A stretch of 64,000 bases of DNA from NCBI GenBank assembly GCA_014905635.1, contig JABVCE010000013.1, forward strand, positions 620,001-684,000, written 5' to 3'. This document shows positions 10,301 through 24,572 of this stretch, piece after piece. The translations under genes and the position numbers were made by a program. Within the stretch, counting starts at the first letter, position 1. Every line of letters begins with the position of its first letter. The notes under the pieces were generated by a model that was given only the letters and a program-made list of their open reading frames with translations, searched no databases and was not told the origin of the DNA. The DNA is from Scenedesmus sp. PABB004. Taxonomy: Eukaryota.

Positions 10301-13300
10301 GCGGCGGCGACGGCGACAGCGACGACGCCGACGAGGGTGCGCGCGGCGCGAACCGGGCTGGGAGCGCGAGCGTGCCCTGCTGCCTCGCGGGCTGCGTGTG
10401 TGCCGCGCCGCGCCGCGCCGCGCCGCGCCGCGCCGCACTGCGCCGCGCCCGCGGCCGACCTGTGCGCCCCGCCCCGCCGCCCCGTCGCACCGCGCGCAGG
10501 CGAGGAGGAGGCGGAGGAGGAGGAGGACGCGCGCGTGCGGCAGCTGCTGGACCAGCTGTCCGCGGCGCTGCGCTTCGCCGCGTCGGAGCCGGCCACGCTG
10601 CGCAAGGGCCTGACCTTCCTGGCGGCGGCGGCGTTCCTGCGGCCGCCCGCGGGCGTCGACGTCACCGCGCTCGCGGGCGGCAGCGCCGCCGGCAGGCCCG
10701 CGCCCGGCAAGGGCGGCAAGGCCGGCAAGGGCAAGAAGGCCGCGGCGGCGGCGGCGGCCGCCGGCGGCGCGGAGGAGCCGGAGCAGCAGGCGCTCGCGCT
10801 GGCGGCGGCGATGCAGCCGACGCGTGTCGTGCGGCGGCAGTGCGGCGCGCGGCTGATCGCGCTGCTGCACAGCCTGCAGCACCGCGCGGCGCCGCAGCAG
10901 GCCAAGCAGCAGCAGCCGCAGCAGGGCGCCGCGCCCGCCGACGGCGAGGCCGCGGCGGGCGAGAGCAAAAAGGCGCGCAAGGCGCGGCAGCTGGCCGAGG
11001 CCGAGGCCGCCGCTGCGGCCGCGCGCGCGGCCGCGGCGGTCGCGCACGAGGCGCTCGCGGCGCGGCTGCTGAAGCTGGTCGCGGACGCGCAGTCGCTGCA
11101 CGGCGCGGCGGCGACCGCCGACGAGGACGTGCTGGAGATGGTCGAGCAGCTGCAGCGCCTCGCGTCCGCCGTGCAGGCGCACGGCGGCGACGCGGCGCGC
11201 GGCCGCGACGGCCCGGCGGCGCGCGCGCGCGTGTCGGTCGCGCTCGTGCAGCAGCTGCAGCTGCAGCTGCTCGCGGGCGGGCTGTCGACCGAGGCGGCGG
11301 GGTCAGTCGTGGACGACCTGGAACTAGCGCTCGTGCGGGGGCTGGGCATGCCGGACGAGGGCCTGGGCGTCGACGCCGACGGCGTCGCGCGCGCGCTCGC
11401 GAGCGACAGCGACGACGGCGGCGCCAGTGACGGCGACGCCAGCGACGGCGGCGCCAGCGACGGCAGCGACGGCGGCAGCGACGGCAGCGACGGCGAGCCG
11501 GCGTGGGCGGACGTGCTCGTGGACCTGCTGCTCGCGCTGCTGAGCGCGAGCAGCAGCGCGGAGGGCGGCGGGCGCCGCGGCGTGCTCGTGCCGACGGCGC
11601 CGCTGCGCGAGGCGGTGGAGGCGGTGTTCCGGGCCTTTGCCGACGACGTCACCGCCCAGGGTGAGGGCGACGGGGGGGGGGGGGGGGGGGGGGGGGCGGC
11701 GGGGGGCGCCACAGCCGCGCCGCCGCGCCGCCGCGCGCCGCCCGCGGGCCCTCATCCAACTCCGCCGCGACCGCCGCCGCCGCCGCCGCCGCCAGGCCTG
11801 GCCGACCTGCTGCGCGTGCTGGGGCAGCGCGCGAGCGAGGTGGCCAAGGAGCAGGACGAGGAGGGTGACGATGGTGAGATGGAGTTTGACGGCGCGGGCA
11901 GCGCCAGCGATGCCGCGGACGACGACGGCGGCGAGGCCTCGGGTGACTCGTCCGGCGAGGGCGGCGGCAGCGAGGAGGAGGGCGACGAGGGCGAGGAGGA
12001 GGAGGAGGAGGGCGAGGAGGAGGAGGAGGAGGAGGCGGCGGCGCCGCAGCCGGCGGCGGGCAGGGCCGCGGCGGCAGGTGAGGAGGCGGAGGATGATGAT
12101 GACGCGGCGAGCGACCTCGACGACGAGGCGATGCTCCGCCTCGACGCGCAGCTCGGCGCCGCGGTGCGCGCGAGCCTCGCGCGCAGCGGCGGCGGCGCCA
12201 AGGAGCGCGCGGCGGCGCTGCTCGCGCTGCAGCTCCGTGTCGCGGCGCTGGTTGAGGAGTGGCTCAAGCGGGTGCGTGGCAGTGCCTGGGGGCGAGCGGG
12301 CGAGGGGGCGAGGGGGCGAGGGGGGCCGGCGCCCGGGCGCGCGGGGCGGGCGGCGGGGCCGCCGCCGCGGCGGCCACAGCCGCGCGCGCGCCGCCCTGCC
12401 GCCGTGAGCGGCGGCTCACCGCGCGCCCGCTGCCCCGCCGCGCAGTGCCCCAAGAGCCCGCTCGTGCTCGGGGCGGCGCTGCCGCTGCTGCGCGCGCTCG
12501 TGGCGGCGCGCGGCGCGGGCGGCAGCCCCGTGCTCGCCGACCGCCTCGCGGCGCTGCTCACCAAGCACTATGGCCGCTGCAAGCCGGCGCTGCCGCCCGG
12601 CGCGGCGCACGGCGACGCGGCGCCCGCCAACGGCGCCGGCGCCGGCGCTGTGCCGCCGGGGCCCTACTCACTGGCCAGCTTTGAGGCCGACACGCGGAAG
12701 CTGCTGTACCACGCCTCGCGCGACCGCGACGCGCGCGTCGCCGGCGCGGCGGGCACGGCGCTGCTCGTGCTGCTCGCGGCGGGCGCGGACGCGGGCGGCG
12801 GCGCCGCGGCCGCGGCGCAGGCGTGCGCGGGCGCGGCGTTTGAGGACTACTTTGAGAAGAAAAAGTCCCGCCTGCAGCCGGCGTGGTGCGAGGCGCTGCT
12901 CGCGCGCGCGCCCGGCGCCGCGCTCGGCGGCGACGCGCCCGCGCTCGGCGCGCTGCTGCGCGCGGCGGCGCGGCCGCGCAACGACTCGGTGCGGGCGCGC
13001 GCGGTCGCGCTGCTGCCGGCGCTGCTCCGCGGCGGCGCGGGCGGCGGCGCGGTCGCCGCGCTCGCGGCGCAGCCCGCCGCGCTCGCGGCGGCGCTCGGCG
13101 GCGCGGTGTCGGGGCCGTACAGGAGCAAGGAGGGCCACGCCGCGGCGGTCAAGGCCGTGGCGCAGCTGCTTGCGGGCGTGCAGCGGCAGGGCCCGGGCAA
13201 GCGCCTCGCGGAGCTGCTCGGCGGCGAGGCGGTGCGCGAGCTGGGCAAGGCGGTGGTGGTCGTCAAGGTGCGCGGCCGCGATTTGTCCGGTGTTTGTTTT

Positions 13301-14074
13301 ACTTTCGAGGGCGCGGCGCGGCGCGGCGCGGCGCGGCGGCAGCGCACACTCGCACGCACGTACACACGCGTGAGAACCGCACCACAACCTCCACTGCGCT
13401 GGCTCATCTAGCCCAGGCCGTGGCATGGCGGTGCGCAGAGCGACCCCCACGGCCGCCCCCGCCACTTTGTTGTCCCCTGCCGGCCGCGCCAGTGCCGGCT
13501 GGGGCGGACGGGGCCGACAGACGCACCCGCACCCTCCCTCCCTCGCCCTCCCTCTGCCTGCCGCGCCGCCGCGTCTGCTCTCACCTGCGCCGCCCGCGCG
13601 CACTCGTCGCCGCCACAGGCCGCGGGCGTCCCGCCGCGCGTGGAGGGGCAGCTTGAGCGCCTGGTCGAGGCGGCCGGCCTGGAGCAGCTCGTGGCGGCGG
13701 GCAAGCCCGACCCCGCGCGCCTGGCGCTGCTGAACAAGCAGCGCGCGGCGCTGCTGGAGGGCGGCAAGCAGCAGCAGCCGCCGCAGGGCGGCAAGCCGCA
13801 ACAGGCGCAGCCGGCCCAGCAGCCGCAGGGCGGCAAGGGCGGCAAGGGCGGCAAGGGCGGCGAGCCGCAGGGCAAGAGGCGCAAGGACGCCGCGGAGGGC
13901 CAGCAGCAGCACAAGAAGAAGCGCAAGCAGGACGCGGGCGAGGCGGCGGCACAGCCGAAGCAGCCGGGCGGCAAGGAGCAGCAGCAGAAGCAGCCGGGCG
14001 CCAAGCGCAAGCCGGAGGCGGCCGGCGGCGGCAAGGCCCAGGGGGGCAAGAAGAAGGCGAAGCAGCAGCACTGA
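7361..14074 (+). CDS. MYBBP1A: DNA polymerase phi / Myb-binding protein 1A (Pol5/MYBBP1A), nucleolar ARM-like ribosome-biogenesis factor; 9 introns
   Basis: ATG 7361. N-terminal VLQLFWDLASLAE..VRLTAAGALV and YGLKRLARGLASSRQGARQGF motifs, EPAWADVLVDLLLALLS, an acidic stretch followed by LDDEAMLRLDAQL, a K/Q-rich basic C-terminus, TGA at 14072-14074 and TGTAA at 14091. Confidence 0.88.
8370..8532 (+). ncRNA. Putative intronic box H/ACA-like snoRNA (Pol5 intron 3)
   Basis: Hairpin CCGCCGTGCGG..CCGCACGGCGG with internal loop (ATAAGCA / CTTTGC), AGATTG 15 nt after the upper stem (8428-8433), a final 12-bp hairpin AGGGCCCCGCGT/ACGCGGGGCCCT, then ACA at 8527-8529. It sits in an enlarged intron of about 390 nt. 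Confidence 0.45.
9697..9794 (+). ncRNA. Putative box C/D snoRNA, copy 1 (intronic)
   Basis: Terminal stem GCGGCGG/CCGCCGC, box C GTGACGA 9705-9711, D' CAGA 9729-9732, small hairpin, C' CTGCTGA 9747-9753, guide CAGTCTTCAAAGTTTT 9768-9783 and box D variant CCGA 9784-9787. Confidence 0.75.
9875..9970 (+). ncRNA. Putative box C/D snoRNA, copy 2 (intronic)
   Basis: Terminal stem GAGCGG/CCGCTC, box C GTGACGA 9882-9888 and canonical box D CTGA 9961-9964. The body is identical to copy 1 except for one base in box D. Confidence 0.8.
13378..13522 (+). ncRNA. Putative intronic box H/ACA snoRNA (last Pol5 intron)
   Basis: About 145 nt with hairpin-hinge-hairpin-ACA layout: CGCACC/GGTGCG stem with internal loop, AGAGCG at 13437-13442, second hairpin CGGCC../..GGCCG, and ACA at 13517-13519. 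Confidence 0.55.
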
Positions 14075-14090
14075 CGCGCCGGGCGCAGGA

Positions 14091-14095
14091 TGTAA
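14091..14095 (+). promoter_or_regulatory. Chlorophyte polyadenylation signal TGTAA for the Pol5/MYBBP1A gene
   Basis: TGTAA 17 nt after the stop codon; UGUAA is the established major poly(A) signal in Chlamydomonas and relatives. Confidence 0.7.
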
Positions 14096-14251
14096 CGCGC
14101 GCGTTCACTGGCTCGGACGTCGTGCCGGCGCGGGTCGAGTTACCCGGCGCGCCAGAGCGCTCAGCGCCTCAGCCCCGGCTCGTCCGCGCCGCGCAGCCGC
14201 CGCGCCGTCACAGCACAGCACATCCGCCGCCTCGCGCCGCGCGCGCTCGCG

Positions 14252-17824
<3,573 letters not shown>

Positions 17825-18028
17825 CGCGGGACGCGCCGCTGGCGAGCAGCTCGCGGCCCAGCAACAGCGCGCGCAGTCGGGGCGCGGGGCGGTCGCAGCC
17901 AGGCGTTCAGGATTGCACGATCACGCTGGACGGCACGCGCCGCCGGCGGCACGGCGAGCCGGCTCGCGGCGGCGCAAGCCGCCAGGCCCTGGCCACGCCG
18001 CCCTCCCACGCCGAGCCACGCAGCCACA

Positions 18029-19754
18029 CTACTTGCGCGCTCCAGCACCGCCGGCCGGCAGCACACCGGCGGCGCTCCAGCAGGCCAGCAGCGTGCCCGG
18101 CCGCCGGGCGGCGGCCCGGGCGCCTCCCCACTTGCGCTCCGCCCCGCGTGGCGCCGTGCGCCAGCCGCCGCCGTCCTCGCCCGCGGGCCCGCCCGCCGCC
18201 TGCTTCGCGCAGGCCGGCGTGCCCTGGGGCGGCTGCCGGCCAGCGCGGTGGTCGCGCCGCGGCGGTGGCGGCATGAGCGGGCGCTCCGGCGGCGCCGCTG
18301 GCTCCGCCGGGTCGGCGGCGGGCGGCAAGCGCAGCGCCGCGCCCCAGTCGGCGCACGGCTGCTGCTGCCACAGCAGCGCGAGCGGCTGCAGCTGCGTGGG
18401 CCCGGTGTCATCGTCGTCCAAGCTCGCCGGGGGCGCCTGCTGCACCTCTGCGCCGCCGCTGCCGTCGCCGCCGCCGCCACTGCCGTCGCCGCCGCCGCTG
18501 CCGTCGTGGCTGAAGTCGTCCGGCTCTGAGCCGCCCGCCGCCTCGTCCGGAAGCTCCAGCGCGGCCGCCGCCGCAGCTGGGGTCGCGAGCGCCCCGCGCG
18601 CGCGCGCGCCCCCGTCGGCGGCGCCTTCCGGCGCGTCCGCGTCGCGGCTGCGCGCGGGGCTGCGGCCGCCACACGCCAGCTGCGGCTCAGCGGGCAGCTG
18701 CGTGGCAGGGATGAAGTCAAGCCAGGCGACAGGCTGTGCCGCCGCTGCGCCGGCCTGCCAGTCCTCCGCCGCCTCCTCCGTGGCAGGCACAAAGTCCCTG
18801 AACAGCTCCAGGCCGCCGTGCCGGCCGCCCCGCGCCGGCAAGCAGCTGCCTCGCGCGCACGAGCGCGGCGGCGCCGGCGGCGACGCGGGCTGCCGCTGCC
18901 GCTCGCTCGTCGCGTCCGGCGGCGCCGCGGGCCCCGCCGCCGCCGGCGGCACGTTCTCCGCGGCGCCGCCGCCGCTGCAGCGCTTGGCGGAGCGCCAGCA
19001 GGCGCTGCCGTCGTCGCCGGCGTCCGAGCGCGATGGCCGCTTGCTGCCCGCCGGCACTGGCTGCTGCAGCCCCTGCCCCGCCTGCGGCGGCGGCGGCGGC
19101 GGGCCTGCCAGCCGCTCCCAGGCGAGGACGGGCTGCTGCAGCAGCTGGCCCAGCAGCTGCTGCTGCTGCTGCTGCTGCTCCTGCTCCTGCTGTTGCTGCT
19201 GCTGCTGCTGCTGCCGCCGCTGCTGCTCGCCGGGCAGCGCCAACTCCGGCGCCGCCAGCTGGCTCGGTCCTGCCAGCCGCGCGTCGGGGCTGGGCGGCTG
19301 CGTCGCGGCCGCCGGCAGCAGCGCCGTCGTCAGGGGCGGCAGCTCCGTGCGCTCCTCGGCCGGCTCCTCGACCGGCTGCGCTGCGCCGCCCGCCGCCCGG
19401 CCCGCGCGGCGCCCGCGCAGCGCGCGCTTGCCGCCCGCCGCCGCGGCGCCGCGGCGCAAGCCTGGCCCCGCAGGCGCCGGCCGCGGCTGCTGGGCCGGCG
19501 ACGAGGCCGCCGGGCTCGGGGGCGCCTGCACCTGCAGCGGCGGGCCGCCGCCGTCGACGAGGCCTGCGAGGCGGGGCAGCAGCGGCCCGGCGTTGTTGGC
19601 GCGCGGCGCGCGGCGGTCTGTGAGCGCTCTGCGCGATCTGATCGGGCGCCCTAGCCACCCCACCTTCAAACGGGTTGGGGCTGGGCGTCCAGGCCGCAAG
19701 CGCCTGCGTGTCCACGGCGGCGAGCTGCACGAACGACGCCGGCAGCGCGGCCAT
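18029..19754 (-). CDS. Hypothetical low-complexity (P/A/Q-rich) protein, 2 exons
   Basis: ATG 19754 (MAALPASFVQLAAVDTQALAAWTPSPNPFEG), GT-AG intron about 19663-19564, then a 1.5-kb open frame with host-like codon usage and a poly-Q tract. No recognisable domain. Confidence 0.55.
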
Positions 19755-20049
19755 CGTGTGTGCCTGCCGCAGGGCCCGGCACTCGCCGATCGGCGGAGTC
19801 ACAGGGCCTGCAGCGCGGCCTGTGCGGCGAGCGGCCTGTCCGCGAGCGCTCGAGCGGCGGCGAGCGAGCGGGCGTAACGACGCGGCGGCGGCGGCCGGGC
19901 GCCAGGAGGAGCACTCGATCGCAGGACTCCCCACCGCACCCCCGCACGAGCCCTTGGCCCTTTGCGCGTCCACGCACGCGGAGCTCTCGCGAAGCCCTCC
20001 CGCGCGGCCGCATCGCCAATTTAGCGGTCGCGGAGCGGCCACCGTCTCC

Positions 20050-22732
20050 ATGCTGCAACGAGCGCGCGCGCTGGGGCCGGCGCGCCGCGTGCCGGCGGCG
20101 CCGCGCGGCAGCGGCGGCAGCGGCGGCGGCCGGCCGGTGCCGCGCGTGCGGGGAGCCCCCCGCCTGGTGAGCAGGGGCTGCGGGGGGGCTCACTCCAGCT
20201 CCCCTCGCGCCGGCGGCGGCGCCGCGCGCGCCGCGGCCACCCATGCGCCCCCGCGCCGCACGCCTGGCCGCCACGCACGCAGGGCGCGCCCCGCGCGGCC
20301 GCCGCGGCGGGCGCGCAGCAGCGCGCGCCGCTGCGCGCGAGCGCCCCCGGCGACGGCGACGGCGACGGCGAGCCGCGGCCGCCGGAGCGGCGCCTCGGGG
20401 CCGGCGGCGGCGCCGGCACCGACCGCGGCGGCCCCGATGGCGGCGGCGGCGGCGGCGAGGGCGGCGGCCCGCAGCCGCCGCGCCTGCCGCCGCAGGTGCG
20501 GCGCGTGCTGGCGCTGCTGACGCAGTACGGCGGCGTCTACGGCACCGCCGCGGTCGCGCTCGGCTGGGCGACGCACGTCGATGCGTTTGGCGGCGCGCAC
20601 TGGGACGCGTCCGACGTCGCGTCGGGGCTGCGCACGTTCCTGCCGCTCCTGCTGCTTGACGCGGCGCTGATGCTGCCCGACTACAGCGTGGGGCCGGAGG
20701 ACAGCCAGGTGCGGCCGGGCGGCCAGCTTGGGGCGCGTAGAGAGAGAGGCGCAGCAGCAGAGCCTCCGCGGCGGTGCTCACCGCCCACCGCGTCGGCGCG
20801 GGCGCAGGAGGTCGCCGCCACGTTCTTCGGCGACCCCGACGCGCTGCGCAACTGGGGAGCGGCGCCGCAGAGCGCCGAAGAGGCGCCCGGCGGCGAGGCT
20901 GCGCCCGGCAGCGCGGGCGTGGCCGCCGGCGGCACGGGCCCGGCCGTCGACGGCGCGGCGCCGCCCGCGCCTGGCGGCGGCGGCGGCGGGTCCCTCCTGC
21001 TGCGCGGCCGCATGGCGCTGGAGCTGATGCAGCAGGTGTACACGCGGGCCAACCCGGGCATCGGGCTCTCCCCGCTCGCCGAGTTTGGGGTCGTCGTCAT
21101 CGCGGTCCTGGCCGATGAGATGTTGTACCGCGCTGTCGGCCTCACGCTGCTCGGCCTCTGGCTGCGGTGCGCGGCGCGGCGGGGCGTGGGCGCGGGCGCG
21201 GGGCGCGGGCGCGGGGGCGCGCGCGCGGCGCTGTCTGACGCCCGCGCCCGCGCCCGCGCGCCGTGCGCAGGGATCGGCTGTACGAGGCGGGCTGGGACGA
21301 GACCGTGGCGCTGGGGGACTGGGGCAGCGCGCTCGCGGGCGTGCCGGAGCTGCCGACGCCCGAGTTTGCGCGCTGGGCCGCCGTCGCGCTCGTGGCCGCG
21401 CTCGGCGTCGCGGGCTTTGCCGCGGGCGCGCTGCGCGAGGTCGAGAGCGTGAAGCGCCTGCAGGTCCTCGACAAGTGAGGCCCCCGCCGCGCAGGCCGCC
21501 GCCGCCGCGCGGCGGCGCGCGCGCGGGGCGCTCTCGCTCACGGCGGGCCCCGCGCGCGCCGCCCGCCGCGCCGCCGCCGCGCCGCGCAGGGACGGCAGCG
21601 CGAGCGAGGCGAGCGAGGCGCTGAAGGCGCAGCTCGTGGCCTCGCTGGGCAGCCAGAACGTGGTCATGTACGGCCTCGAGGGGCTACGCGAGGTCAGCGC
21701 GAGCGTCATGGCCGGCGCCGCGTTTGTGTCGACCGGCAACCTCGCGGCGCCGCTGGCGGGCTCGCTGCTGGTGCAGGTGCGTGGTTGTGGGCGGAGCCTT
21801 TGTGCGAGGGGCGCGCCTGCTCTGCATGCCGCAGGCCAGCCCGCGCGCGGGCCCGCCGCCGCCTCGGGCCGCCGCCGCCACCTCACGCCGCGCCGCCGCT
21901 CGGCGCCCCGCAGACGCTGTTCTCCATTTACCAGCGCCTCTCCCTGCAGCGCGGCCGCGCCAAGCGCCGGGCGATGCTCGAGCGCATGAAGGCGCGCAGC
22001 GAAAAGCTGCAGGCGGCCATGGCCGCGGCGGTCGCGGCAAAGCGCGCCGGCGCGCCGGCGGCGGAGCCGTCTCCGGCGGCCGTCGAGCCCGCCGCGGTCC
22101 CGGCGGCGGCGAGCAGCGGCGACGGCGAGGCCGCCGCCAGCAGCGCCAAGGACGACGACGGCAGCGGCAGCGGCAGCAGCAAGGAGGGCAAGGACTTTTT
22201 GACCCTCGTGCTGGAGGCGGCGGCCGAGCAGGAGGCGCTGGAGAAGCAGCAGCGCATGGAGCGGGAGCGGGCGCGCGTGGCAGCGGCGGCGGCGGCGGCC
22301 GCGGAGGCAGCCGCGCCGCCGCCGCCGGCGGCCAGCAGCAGCAGCGGCGCCGAGGCGAGCAGCAGCGCCGCCGAGCCCGGCGCCGGCGGCGCCGAGGCGA
22401 GCAGCAGCGGCGCCGAGGCGGAGGCGGCGCGGCAGCAGCTGTCGGTGCTGCTGGAGGACATGCTGCGCTCGCCAGAGGGGACGCGCGTGGTCGAGAAGTG
22501 GATGGCCGGCGCCGGGGGTGGCGCCGGCAGCGCCGCCGCGAGCAGCGCGGGCGGCGGCGACGGCGACGGCACGATGGCGAGCGCCGCGGGCGCCAAGGAC
22601 CCGCGCGCCGCCGTCGACCAGCTGCTGGCCGACCCCGCGACCAAGGCCAAGCTGCTCGCGGAGCTGGAGGAGCAGCTGTGCGGCATGGCGGCCGCCGCCG
22701 CGCGGCGGGAGGAGCAGGAGCGGTCGCGGTGA
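20050..22732 (+). CDS. Plastid-targeted membrane protein, degenerate CAAX protease/Abi (CPBP)-like, with a coiled-coil C-terminus
   Basis: R/A-rich transit-like start MLQRARALG, several TM helices, ADEMLYRAVG (compare the EELLFRG motif) and TGNLAAPL (compare TGNLLAPI); TGA at 22730-22732. Confidence 0.65.
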
Positions 22733-22963
22733 GCGGTCGCTGACCTCATGTTCAACCTAATCTAATCATGACCGCGGCGGGGTAACAACGTCGCCTGCAA
22801 GCCCGCGCACGCGCGCGCTGCTCCGGCGAAGCAAGGCGCAAGGGTCAAAGCACATTGCGGTGCTGCTGCGGCGCCGGCGCGGCGCGCAGTGAGGGCGCGC
22901 CGCCGCCGCGCCGCGCGAGGGTAGAAGTACAGCGAGTCAGTCGTTCGCGCACGGCCGCCGCGC

Positions 22964-24210
22964 TCAGCTGGCCCTGCTGTCCGCGGCGACGGCCTCCGCG
23001 GCCTTGCCGGCCGCCGCCTCGGGCGCCCCGGCGTCGCCGCCGCCGCCGCCCGCGCCCGCGCCGCTGCTGCCGGCGCCGCTGCTGGTCCCACCGCTGCTGC
23101 CCGCGCCGCTGCTGCCCGCCGCGCGCGCCAGCGCGGCCATGCCCGCGTTGGCGCGCGCGCTCGTGGCCGCCGCCTGCGCGCCCTGCGCATCCGGCGCGCT
23201 CGCCGCCGGCGCCGCTGCGCCCGCCGCCGCGCCCGCCGCCGCCGCGCGCCGCGCCGCGCCGCTGCGCCCGAGCCCCACCGGGCGCCGCGGCCTGCGCGCC
23301 GACGGCCTCGCCCGCGCGCGCGCTGCCCGTGACGCCCTCCATCGCCAGCACCTGAGCGCCGCGCGCGTGCGGCGGCGGCGGCGGCGGCGGCGGCGGGCAC
23401 GTCAGGCGGCAGGCAGGGCGGGCGGGTGGGCCGCGCGGGCCGGCGCGGCGCGGCGGCCACGCGCACCATGGGCGCCAGCGCCTGGCCCCACGGCGTGTTG
23501 AACAGCACGTCCGCCTGGCGCATGATGTAGTCCTGCGAGCGGCGCGCGGGGTCGGCGCGGCCACGCGGCCGGCGCATGCGCGGCCAGCGGGCGGCGCGCG
23601 CGCGCGGCGAGCGCGCGGCGAGCGCCGCGCCGCGCGCCGGCCGCACCGGCAGGCCCTCGCCGACGAGGAGCTGCGCGAGTTCGTGGGCAAAGTGGGTGCA
23701 GTTCATCGAGATGAGCTGGTAGGCCGTCGGCGTGAAGCGCGACGTCGCGAGCTCAGCGACGAGCTCGGCGACCATCTCGCGCGGCACCTCGGTCGTGCTG
23801 CGGCGGCGCGGCGAGCGGCGCGGCGCGTGAGGCGCGGCGCGTGGGCGGCGGCGGTCGGGGCGGCCGGCGCAGGCCAGGGCGGCAGGGCGGTTGCGGCGGC
23901 GGCGCTTGCCCGAGGTCCAGCTTGTGGTGCGGCGTGCCGAACATCGTCGTGCCCGCGCGGGCCTTGCTCACGCCGTAACCGAAGAAGTACTCGTCCGCGC
24001 CGTCGACCACGATGGAGGTGTGCCAGACGCCCTCGATCTGCGCGGCCGCGGCGGCGGCGGCGGCGGCGCGATGAGGCCGCGCGCTGGTCGCCGCGGATGA
24101 GGCCGCGCGCCGCGCCGCGCCGCGCCGCCCACCTGCTGGCCGAGCAGCATCGGGCTGAGGCTGGCCGCCATGCCACGTGTGAGGTCGTAGACCCAGCAGG
24201 AGACGTTCAT
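22964..24210 (-). CDS. DESI1: PPPDE-family desumoylating isopeptidase (DeSI-1-like); 4 introns; 3' end ambiguous (22964 or 22845)
   Basis: [60 protein letters not shown]: catalytic His (HTSI) and Cys (NCxHF). Confidence 0.9.
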
Positions 24211-24572
24211 CGTGTTTCGGCGCGCGCGAGCGGCGGCGGGCGAGCAGCAGCGGCGAGCGCCCCGCGAGCGGCGGCGAGCGGCGGCGGCCCTGGCGCGCGG
24301 TGGGAGTGCACATGGACGCGCTGGGATGTCAGTGGGGCCGCCGGCGGTGTGCATGCGGGCGCGGGGTGCGACAGGAAGCCTCTGGAGCCAGCCTGTCAGT
24401 TCTGCCTTGCGCCCTAGGGCCCACGCCACGGCTCGCCCGGTCGCGCCCGCCAGCCACAACCCCCACGCAGCAAACGCACGCACGCACGTCCACGCAGAGC
24501 AGAGCAGAGCAGCCCAGCCAGCGCGAGCGAGCCCAGCTTCCGCATCCCGAGGCTCCAGCGCTGGGCGCAGCC

